From: Raillietiella orientalis
Lineage: Eukaryota
DNA length: 64,000 nt
Direction: 5' to 3'
NCBI GenBank assembly: GCA_036172245.1
Contig: JAYWIR010000009.1
Location: forward strand, 744,001-808,000
This document shows, in pieces, positions 33,953-45,000 of this stretch; the stretch's first letter is position 1; each line of letters begins with the position of its first letter. The notes beneath the pieces are model-generated. The model was not told the origin of the DNA. It worked only from the letters and a program-made list of their open reading frames with translations, and did no database searches. Position numbers and translations under genes: made by a program.

Positions 33953-36900
33953 CGGCCGGTACCCCCGGAGTCTCGTGTTTCGAAACACCATCGCTTCTTG
34001 CGCCCCGAGAACAAAACCCTTGTTAGCTCGCGGAGCATCGCGAAGGAAACGCGCGCGGCGTCCGCCGAGGTGGCTCGCCGAAGAACCCTCCCATTCAGAG
34101 ACCAGCCGAGGGGGCAAAAGGAGCGCCTGATAAATGTGACGTTTGCTCTTTGCGGGTACCGGCACGTCCACACGTTTGCGGTTGTTTAGCACGCAGCGGA
34201 ACCAATTCGGACGCGAGCTGTAATGATATAATGAGCTCTTGGAGGTTGAGGTTGAGGTGGTTGCCGGGGCACCGTTTGTTTCTTCGCGAGCGATGAGAGG
34301 AGTGCAACCTTCATGGGCAGCGGGCGCGCGGCGGCGCACCGAAACTCCAGCAGGCGACACGAAGAGTTGCATCCCGGAGGCTGCTGCAGACGACCCGCTC
34401 CGCTCGCTCACCCCCGTAACCAAGGCCCCACCACCGCGTCCTGCTGTTGCTGTGCTGCTGGCACTCCTCTTCGTTTACCTTCTCCTTCTCCACCCCACCC
34501 CCCTTCCTCGAACAACCACGATTACCTCCTGCCCCACCCCCCCCTCAAACTCAGCATGATCCTCAAATGCCACCGCGTCCAGCGCCTTCTCCAAGAACCT
34601 CCCCCTCCATTCCTCCATCCATCCTTCCGTTCTTCCTTCCTACTCTTCTGCGCTGTGCGTCTACATCTCTCGCGTTCGCCCACAGCACACGCCCTCCACA
34701 GGGGGGGGCATGGGAGCGCACTGTCCAGAGCACCCACGGAGGTTCAGCCCAAGAGCACGTGCGGGGACGGTTCCAAGAGATCGCGAGCTGCCATCCGCGG
34801 CACGTGCAGGGGTCACTTCCGTCCGCGGTGCCGTGAGCGAAGGGAATACTCCAGGTGACCTCGTGTGCAAAAGCGGGACGAAGGAGGGGCTTGAATGCGC
34901 CTGCGACCGGACTCAGAGGTCTCACGGAATCCCCCCCCCCCCTCCCCTTCCCGACGAACGCTCTCCGCCTCCCACGCAAGCACTGATGTCCTCGACGTTC
35001 GTTTCATTTCCCTTCTCTTTGTCGCCGCCGTCTAATCGTTCCTGGATACTCCCCCTTCATCTCGACCGGACAAGCATCCGGCTCGCATGCCGGGACATCC
35101 CGGGAAACTTGGATTTCGGCGAGGGCGAACCTGGACCCCTTGCCCTCCTTTTCCTGCAGAAGGATTGCCTGCAGCAAAGCTTTCCCGACGGAGGCCCCGG
35201 CGCAACCGGGTGATGCCAGACTGCGGAGCACAAAGGGTCCCTGGAGAGAGAAGTGGACCCCGCATGCAGGGGGCGACAGGCAGAGAGCGGCACGCACGCA
35301 GCTCACGGCTCTCTCGAGCGGTCAGCCGCGGGATCGCAGACGAGCGCAGGCAGAGAAGCCCCCTGCAAAAGGAAGGGCGCGCGCGTGAGGGTTGCCCACG
35401 GAGCCACGGTGGCTCGGTGCAGAGGACAAGAGCAGCGGAGTTGCTGGACGGACGGAGGACGGACGGGGACTCGACCTCAAGAGCTTACGGAGCGTTCGAT
35501 GGCGACTGGTGCTCTCCTGCGCGCAAACGCCATCTCCGAAAGGCCCTCCAGAAATGCCGCCAGCTGCCTCTCGGATGGCCTTGGCAGCCTCTTGGCGCGG
35601 CCGGCGATTGGTAGCGCTTGCGACGGCGCCTAGCGCCGGACCTTCGGCGCATGCTCTCCGCGCTCTCCGATGGGGGTTCCGGGAGGGCTTCTAGAGTCAG
35701 CATAGAAGTGGCAAAGGGGAGCAGGCGCGGCCTATCTGTAGTGCCTCGGTAGTCCCCTGGAGTCGCGGGCAGAGCGCACCGTCTCTTCGGGTCGCCTCCG
35801 AGGGAAGTGGGGTGCCCGGTCTCAGAGTCTGCGTCATACGGGATGCTCCTCCTAGAAGAACAGCAGTCCCTTGGGGCTCTGCGAGACGCCAGCCGCCGGG
35901 AGTCTTCACTCTCGAGGTGGCTTCCTCGCTGCGTTCGAGGAGAAATCGTTGCCAGCGTGGCAGCGCGGGGTCATCCGCATGCGGACTGACCTCTGGCCGT
36001 TTGAGTAGGGGACTCGGGGAGGGGATGACGTTGGAGGGGCTGTACTCCGTGACCCCTTCGTGGCGGCGAGCGAGGCGTGGAGATACCGAGCGCCCCTCTG
36101 ACCCCTACGGATGTCGTCAAGAAGCGGGAAGCGAGGGGGAAAGGAAACGCCCGCAGGTGTTCCACCCTTTTCCCTGTCACCCTTCTCCAGAGGGCAGGGA
36201 GCGCAGGTCCACCGCTATGGTGAAGGCGGAGAGCGAGGCAAACTGCGAGAGCAGGGTTTCTTCGTGGTCGCGGCCTCTGGGCCTCGTTCCACCGACCCGG
36301 AGGCACTGCGATCTGGCGGCAGTCTCGGAAAGGGGAAGTCACGGGGCTGCGACCGCCGCGACGCAGTGTCTCGAGGCGCGGATGGTGAGAGGCAACCGTG
36401 TCCGAGTGCTCCTCATCGCCATTCCTGAGAAGCTGCCCGCAACATTGCTATGGGAGCGCGCGCTGCGGGTGATCCTCTGAGGCGGATGCACCTGCTCCAC
36501 GCCCTCCACGCTGCAACATCAGCCAGGGACAGGTAGCAGCAGCAGCCAGCACATCCCTCGAACGGCGGGTCGGCTTCGCCATGGGAGTCGTCGGGCCGGG
36601 CGTGATTTCTCCCCCTCCCCCTCACTGGGTGGGAACGAGGAAGGCCAGCTGCCTCGTCGCCCTGCCCGCAGCCGCGCGGGGGGGCGGGTTGCGAGCCCCT
36701 TCCATCCCGCGGAGGTCCTGGCTCCGGAAGAGGACTCTGATGGCGGAACGGTATGGGGAGATCGAAGAGACGTCGGGGACGTGCAGTCTCAGCTGTGGTG
36801 CCCGACACGCGGATGATGATCTGAAAAGCAAAAACATCCGAGGCCCCTCATCTCGGTGAAGGCGACACAGCCTCCTCGGACCCTCGCATTTCCGAGTGTT

Positions 36901-38912
36901 TGAGCACCCGCACGGAATACCCTCTCCGTTGCCAAGGCGCACTCGGAAGGAGGGCGTGAAATGGAAGCCACCCGCCTCCTCTTCCGAGGACCCGAGGAGA
37001 TCAAGGAGACAGAAGGAGCTTCCAGGACTCCAGATCCGGGTCCAGATCGACGAAGGATGCAGCACAGGGAGGAGCAGGGGTCGCTGCTCCCCATGCCGTT
37101 CTCCTCGCCCTGAGAGACTCTAGGCGCGGCTCCTCAGGACGCGGCATGACATGGGGGCGAGCGACCTCGCCGTATAGGCGAGAGGGGCTCTCTGGAACTG
37201 CGCGAGCAGAGGTCGCACGTGTACGGGCGAAGCCGCGACGCCTTCTTCGCCGCCCTGCGAGGGGGCTAGGAGTGCCGATGGGTGTGCGGAGCGCTGGCAC
37301 TTAGGACGAGCTCCGTGCTCATCCGACGTCTCTCCCGAGGGGCGTGCCGTCGCCGGCAGCCACGACCCATCATGGGACGCTCCGCTAGGTCTGTCTGAGC
37401 TCTCTTTCTCCTCCTCCTCTTTTTCTCCTTCTTCCTCTTCCTCTCTCCCTTCTCACTTTGCCACCGTCTTGGCGGGCTGCCATTCCCCCGTATGTTGCGG
37501 GGAGACCTTGGTCACCGAAGTCCTCAGCGATTCCAGAAGCGCCGCTTCTGGAAATGCCTCCTAGGGATGGACGTGTTCCCAGTGACGGGGAAGACAGGCA
37601 TGCGCTCAGAAGCAGGCGGCTGCCGCAGCTCTCCCGCGTCGAGGAAAAGGGAACCCTTGGAGCTGTTGCCGCCGTAGTAAGTGGCAAGAATCGCGGACCC
37701 TCCAGGAGCACTGGGACTCTCTTTGCACACCTTCTCTCCTTTCGTAACCTTCCTCCTCCCCCATTACGGTGAAGTTTCCCATAGGAGCACGCAGAGACGG
37801 CTGAAGTACGAGTCAGGGACACGGCGGAGGAGGAAGGCGGCAGCACCGCTGTCGCCTTCCTCCGCACGACGTGCTCACCGTGTCTTTCCGTCATGGTCGG
37901 GTTACTTCGACTACCAGCTGCAGAACGAGATGACCACCCCCGAAGGGAGGCGCGAAGGAGGCGAGCCAGCGTTCGCGATCTTCGTCTGGTTCCGGCTTCT
38001 CATCCCCAAGCAACGGATGCACGACCGATGGATGGATCGGCGCCTTCCATCAGAGTAGAGGGACTTCCCCGACGAAAGAAAAACCCAGGACCAGCCTCAG
38101 CCTCCTCCTCCCTCGCCTCCGGAAACGCCCACACTTAGGGACGGAGGATTGAAAAAAGGAACCTTATCAGCTTTTGATGTTCTCTGACGCCGGTCGCCTG
38201 GAAACTCGCAGGAGTGTAGGCAGACGAGAGGACGCGGCGAAAGAGTGTTGGGCAACCTCATGGTCAGGACTCGCCACGGCAACTTCCCTCACGGCACCTC
38301 TTTTCTCCTTCCGCCACTCGACGTCATTCCTTTCTTCTCTCGGAAGCCACCGCACTTGCAACAAAAAGGGGAGAAGAGAGCGAGGTTGAGGGGAGGGTAG
38401 CGCGTCTTCCCTCGTCCCTCCCTTCTTCCCGTTAGCCGCAACTCTCCGCTAGAGAGAGTCGCGGCTAATGGAGGTGCTCGTGAGAGACCAACGAGCATCC
38501 ACAAGGGACTCCGAGGAACGTCTCCGGAGGGACCGGAAGGTGGCGTCGGAGTCAGGCAGGGGGTGACCGGGGATTTCTCTTCCTCAGCTTCGTGTTCCCC
38601 CTCGAGGGTCTTACGTGAGAAGCAGCAGCAGCTGCTGCACGCGCCCTCCTTCCTGCCCTCTCGGCGAGGTTTCCCCGCCCATCGGAAACGGTGCGGCGGC
38701 GGCGATTTCGGGTGCAGGACTCCCATAAGGTGGTTTCCCCGCCCCCTTCCTTTTCCTCCCGCTCCCCTGTCCTCCGGGCTCTTTCGCCCGCCGCCGTTTT
38801 CCGATAGACGCGGGAGAACACTCCGGCCGGTAGAACCGTCTTCCTCCTCGCAGGGAGACCCTGAGCTCATCCGCGAAAACAAGTAAACCGGAGGGTTTTT
38901 CCCTTACGAGGT

Positions 38913-38965
38913 CGATCCAACAATGAGCAGAGCGATCCAACAATGCTACAAGCGATCCGACAGTG
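38913..38965 (+). repeat. Three 20-bp-period units with core CGATCCRACARTG
   Basis: CGATCCAACAATG at 38913 and 38933; CGATCCGACAGTG at 38953. Confidence 0.75.
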
Positions 38966-40274
38966 CGCAACAAAGAGGCGCGGAAATGCCGATCGGAACC
39001 GTAACAATCGCTTCCTTCCCCTCCTCCTCCTCCTCTTCCGCTACCACCAATCAGAATGCGCGCCCTCTCGTGCGTGCCATGTGGCGACGGAAACATCGAC
39101 CAAGGAGCGCTCTTCTCCCTGCTTCTTTGCAGATCTCCAGGCAGGGCTCACGCGCGCGGTTTCATGCGGCAACGTTCGCCCACGTCTCTTCGACGCCGCT
39201 CCTCCGTTCCTTTTCGTTCCCGTCCTTCCCATCTCTGTCGCCGACATGTCAACACAGCCCGCGTGCTCGGCCTTCCCTCAAAAGCCCAGCGGCTCCTCCG
39301 GACTCAGGAGCGGACCTTCTGCGTGCCGTCGTGGGTCGCGTCGCTGCGGGGGCCGGCGGCGACCACTCTAACCGGTTTGTCGGCTGCTCTTCCGGCGCCT
39401 GTGTCTCCCTCCCTCCCTCCCTCCTTTCCCCCGACCCTTGCCTTTTTTTTTTTTTTTTGCGCGCGCGCGCAAGATTTCTATCGGACCCGAAAACCGGAAG
39501 GCATGCCGAGGGCGCGAAGACAAATCTCCCTGAGATGAAAGGTGAAAACGGATGCTCGGTCGGCACCCAAGCGGCGCGAGCGTCCCCGACGAAGACGATG
39601 ACGACGACGTCTCCACGAAAAATCTGCACCTTGTGAGGAGGAGACCGCCTTTCCCCTCACAGGCCGAGGCTGCGCTCGCCCGTCGTCAGGACCACGAACC
39701 TGCGTCGTCTGGCTCCTGCTGCTGCCATGGGAATCTCCCGAAAGGCGCGAGGGCACCATCTGGCGGATGGAAGCGGGTAGTAGGGGAAAGCCTCACGGAA
39801 GGAAGGTGGGATGGAGGAGAGGATCGACCGGCGCGGTGGGTCCCGCCTTGCCCTCGGGCGCGCGTTCCCGAACTCCTGCCGCCGATCCGCAAGGGCGGGA
39901 TCTCCTCCTCCGCTTGCTCCGTTCTGCCGCCCCTCGAGGACGCGCGGAAGGGGGAGAAGGAAAATCGCTCCGGAGCGTCCTTCCTGGCTGAAACCCCAGT
40001 GGTGAACGTCTTCCTCGCAAGGGCCTCGCCGCTCCCTGGGACGCTTTGTGGGTCTGCGAAGGAGACGGCGCGGGAGTCGGAGAAACCGCCGCCTCGAGGG
40101 CTCCTGGGGCCTCCAGAGGTCGGTCGCAGAGAGCCCTCTCCTTTGGCTTCAGAGCGAAGGGAAGCGACCTCTCTCCCTTCGCTTCGAAAGTAGGGAGGGG
40201 AGAATCCTGGACTGTCGCACCTTTTTTCTAAGAAAAATAAAAAAAATACGATCCGGAAATGAATTTTATTTATT

Positions 40275-41100
40275 TATTTAGAACAGATAAATAAAATTCT
40301 TGCAACTAAAGAAGGGCTTGAATGAGCCGGCCCGAAACCTAAGGAACTGCTTCCCTCCGCGAGGACAGAAGGACGAGGGAGGAGTCAGGGGAGAAGAAGG
40401 AGGAACAGTAAATAAATAAATGAATAGGGGATGGAATGGGCCGGTCCTGCGGCACTCCGCACGATTCCCGAGGACCCGCATCAGGCAGGAAGGTTGGTTG
40501 GTTTTGAACCTCGCCTGACCACAGCCGTGTCCGAGGGTTGGTTCCCTTTGGACCTCGGATTCCCAGTTGGGCCATTTCGCACCGTCCTTCTCGCGCGGGG
40601 GATGGGCGATTGCAAGCGGCTCGCCACCTTCCTCCATATCGGTGGTCGCCGTCGATGGCACCCGTGGCAGAGGACCTACTGGAGAAGAGACGGCTCGCAA
40701 GTCTGCAGTGGTCGCAGGGGGTCGCGTTCCCTGAGGGATTGCGTGGGGGCACCGAACAGCACCTCGGCTTCGACCACCCTCCGCCTGAAGAGCTCCCCGC
40801 TTTCTCGCGGTAGGCGCGCTCCTCGAGCGCTATCTACGCCGTGGGGCAGTGGCAGTCCTCTATCTGAGGCACCAGCAGGATGGCGGCCTGAGCAAAGGAG
40901 CCCGGAGCGTCTCGAAGATTCCACGAGAAAGTCAGTGCGGGGCGACGCGGGGCCCTGAGCGCGGTCCCTGGGCGTGGCTTCGCGCGCGCCAGCCGAGGAG
41001 CTTTCGATCGGGCGGTGGGCTGGGCAAACGCCCGCGAGCCAACGGCACCGTGAGCGCTCCTGGAGAGGAGCGCCGCCCAGCGGGATTCCGGGCGGTCCCT
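40275..41100 (-). mobile_element. 3' portion of a non-LTR-like dispersed repeat (pairs with 14960-15720)
   Basis: Collinear homology with 14960-15720. Ends in AATAAA/(TAAA)n on the minus strand. Confidence 0.6.
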
Positions 41101-42043
41101 CCGTGAGGAGCGCGGAAGGAGTGACCGGGCACGCACTCTTTCCTCGCTGCACCTCGGAGCAGAGAGGCCTGCCCCTCGGGCAGAGGTATCCAGGGACAGC
41201 AGAAACTCCCCCCATGGCAGCGATGCGCGCGCACACGCAGCCATGCTGTCGGGGGCGGAGGCGGCGATGCCGCTCCTGCCGGCTACTCCAAGAGGCTCTG
41301 CCGCAGGGAAAGCAAACAAAACCGAAAAATCCGCGGTGCGAGGAGGAGGGGGGGACGAATAGTCGCTGCTGAAAGAGCCCACCGCAGTTCGCCTGGATGG
41401 GGTACCAGCGGCTGCACAGGTTGTCCTCTGCGTACCGGCCGGGCCCGGCAGGATAATCTTCCCAATGAAAGGGTCATCGGGTCGGGGAGGCGCTGGAGAA
41501 CACGTGAGTGGTCCGCGGGGACGACCATCCCGCGGCAGAGACGTCTTCGCCTCTCCCTCTCGAGAGGAGCCATAATCCCGCCGAACCGCCCGTCCGCCAC
41601 CGCCGGGTTTCCGGGAGACGGGAACAGGGGTGGGTGGAAGGGAACCGGGGGGTGTTCTCTGCCCCCGATCGGAGCTGAGAGCGGGCTTGCCGTTTTCCCG
41701 AGAGCTAGCGCTCAACTCTGTCTCCTCTCCAGCTCGCTGACTCCGCCTAAGACCCCTCTTTCGTGAAGAAACGCTCATCGAACGGGAAAAAGATAAAAAG
41801 GGGGGGGGGAGAAACAAAAAACAAAAAGGAGGGATCCAGGGAGAGCGCTCGATCCTGCTCGCCGCTTCCGGTGACGGAGGGCCGCCATGGCGCTTTTCGA
41901 TGGGAGGGGCGGTGCGCAGCAGGGCGACGCCCACCCTAAACGGAACGGCAAACGCGCGAGCCGTGTCCGCTCCTCCCCCTCCTCCCTTTCCTCCTGCTCC
42001 CAGCGGAATTTTTTATTGCGTTGCCCGGCGCGCGCATTGTCCC

Positions 42044-42069
42044 CTCTCTCTCTCTCTCTCTCTCTCTCT
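42044..42069. repeat. (CT)13 microsatellite
   Basis: Read directly from the sequence. Confidence 0.9.
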
Positions 42070-45000
42070 TCGGGTGGGAGCGCGCGCCAGTTCTCTTCGG
42101 CCCGCGAGGTTTTATTGGTGCCCGGAGACGAGGCCACATCAGATTCGGGAAGATGAAAAGGTTGTCTCGCCCCCCTCCTCTTCCCCTCCCCCTCCATCGC
42201 TCTCCCCTCTTCGCGGGAGCGGCGGCCAGGTAGATTGGGCTCGCGCCAGTTCCCGCCATTCCATTGTTTTCTTCTCCTCCACCGTGGACGCTACGTATCC
42301 CCTCTGCCACACGAGGATCCTTCTTCCTGGCCGGGTGTAATGAAGGGCAGGCGGATTCTCGGGAAGCTGCCTCGCGCGCTCTTCCCGCGGAGATGTCTTC
42401 CTTCCTCCTCCGTGCTCCCGCGGGAGAGTTTCCAGTCCTCGGGAAGACTGCAAGTGCACGGACACAAAAGGGGGTCGGCGATGATGGAACGGGCATAGTT
42501 GTCTGTTTATTTTACTTTATTTTTCCATCCTGTTCGTTTCTTTCAGGAATTTTTGCAATGATGCTCCCACGAAAAAAAGGAAACTAAAAAATCAATGTTT
42601 TCCTTTATCGTTGCGCATCATTACGCTGCCATTATCACCCGTCATTGCATTATTCGTTATGTTTTTCGTCATTATTTATCGGCATTTCGTATTATTGTCA
42701 GGTCGTTGTCAGTTTATGCATAATTTACGTACATCCAGTTATTACTTTGTTTGTGATCTGGCAACACTCCACAGTATCGACGCACGTTGCCATGGCCACG
42801 CGCCCATGTGCAGCGAGAACCCGTTTCGTTCCCGAAGCGAAGCGGGGCTCGTTTGGCTGACCTTTAGCCGGTACTCGTTAAGTGAAAACTCGCAGTTGGA
42901 TGCAGTTTGAACAGGAAGGTGTCCCGCGCACTTGGAACCGGGAACAACATGGGGGATCTGCAAATTGGTTGCAGGTGGGAAATTCTGCGGGCTCCGGGCG
43001 TGGGCCGAGCCGCCGCCGCCGCCACCTTCCCTCCCCCGCCCAACCCCTCCCTTCCCGAGTCCATCCGAGAAGCCAGGTGCTCCATGACAACCCGATCCAC
43101 TCCGTGGAGAAGGAGGCGCAGAATTCCCAAAGGTTGCTTGCAAATGATGACGCGAATGATAAGAAGGACGCTGCTCCCATCGTAACCACGATTATTCCGA
43201 TTCCGATCTCGGGTTTCAACCTTTGGTGAGTCGAGTTTCGGAATCTCGGAAATTCTCCCGGGGACCCCTCGGGCCACAGGTTCCGATTTTTTTTTCTTTC
43301 TCCTCCCTCCCCCCTCCCCCCCTTCTTGTTTCCTCCCCCCAGGATTTTTCCCATGCTTGATTCGACACTATTTACTTCAATAGCTTACGGTTCCTGATCC
43401 CTTAATGGCATAGGACTGCTCCTTGTTGCTGCTGCTACCATTCGATCGCATTTGCATTTTATTAATTAGTGATTCCCCCCCCCCTCCCTTTCTTTCTTTT
43501 TTTTTCCTTTTTTTTCTTTTTTGTTTTCCTTTCCAGACATATGAATCCATAAAGGCAAGAAAACACGGCCGTAGATCTCTTTCAAGGTCTGCGAATCGCA
43601 AGAAACAAATTGCGAGCAAGCAGAAGCAGTCGAAGTTTGAAGTTGATCAGCAATTACTCGGAGGCCGTTTCCAGCTCCAGCATCACATCTTATCGTATTA
43701 AACGGGAGCATGATCTGAAACGAAGATGGGCATGCCCTGTTTTATTAAAGCACGGGTGCAAATTTAGCGAGCGCCGTAATCGGATTTCTGCTCTTGATAA
43801 ATTTGACAACACGCGCCGCCGGAATCATGCGATGGGCAGCGGCACGCATGGGGCTGCGAATGGGACGGCGCGAGTGGGCACGGACCCTGGGGGCACGGAC
43901 CCCGGTCCACCGGAAGATTCCGGTGGGCCGGGGTCCCCGGGAAGGCTGGGCTCCCCCTTCCTCCCCACTCGAGCCCGAACGAGGGCGCCCTCGCTTTCCC
44001 TCCCGACTGGGAAAGGCGGCCGCTCAGGGCCCCCACGACCATAAAAGGGAGGAGGAGGCGCACAAAGGAAAATGGTAGCACGGCGCCCGGGGCGCACGAG
44101 GTGCGAACGAGACGTGGCCTTCCGCTCTGCTCCGGGCGGACCTGACGACGGCCTTCCTCCGAGTACCACTGGCAACTTGGATTTATGGGAAACGCACTTT
44201 CGCTTTCGCCGCGCTTGGCAATCCTGGAGCTTGCGAGATAAAAAATTTACAGCGGGAGAGCGCGAGCCGCAAGTATGCCGGATGCAATTATCAAATGAAA
44301 GCACCGGTAAACGCTTGCAGGGGATCTCCGCGCCTGGGAGGAGGGACATCTGGTAGGGAGGAGGAGAATATCCCGGGGAAGGAGGAAGGAAGGACTCGGC
44401 CACAGCTGGGCAGCACACCTCTCGCTCCCATGCACGGGGGGAAGGGAGACGGGCGAGACGGGGGCGCCCAGACCGCGAAACGTGTTGAAAGGATTAGGGG
44501 AAGCGGAAGTTGCTGCCGCCGCTCAGTGTGGGAGGGAAAGGAAGGAGGATGAGCCGCCCTCACGCAGACGCCGCGTGTGCGCGCGTGCTGCAGCGAGCGT
44601 GCGGGCGACAGGGGCCTGCCTCGGATACCAGCTCTCGCCGAAGGGTGCGGTTGGGCAGCCCTCCTCCTCGACCTTCCGTGGAATCCCATCGCTCGCGTTC
44701 CGCAGGAGCTGCTGCAGCCTCCTCCCGGCGGGAGCTGAAGACGAGGGACGGCGGGCTTCCTGGGCAACGAAAGTCCCGGCAGTGGCGCCAGGGAATTCGG
44801 CTTCCCTTCCCGCAGGGGCTGAGACTTCTTGGAGGCGTTCTTCTGTGACCACGCGCGAGGGCACTGCTGCTTCTTTCCTCTTTGTTCTTCTCTGGTGGGT
44901 TCCCGGCATGCCGCCGACCCCTTCCCTCCGGAGACCCCTCGGCCCTCCCGTCGGTGGAGGTCGACGTGGTATTCGGTGGTACGCCCAGAGGCGGCCCGGA

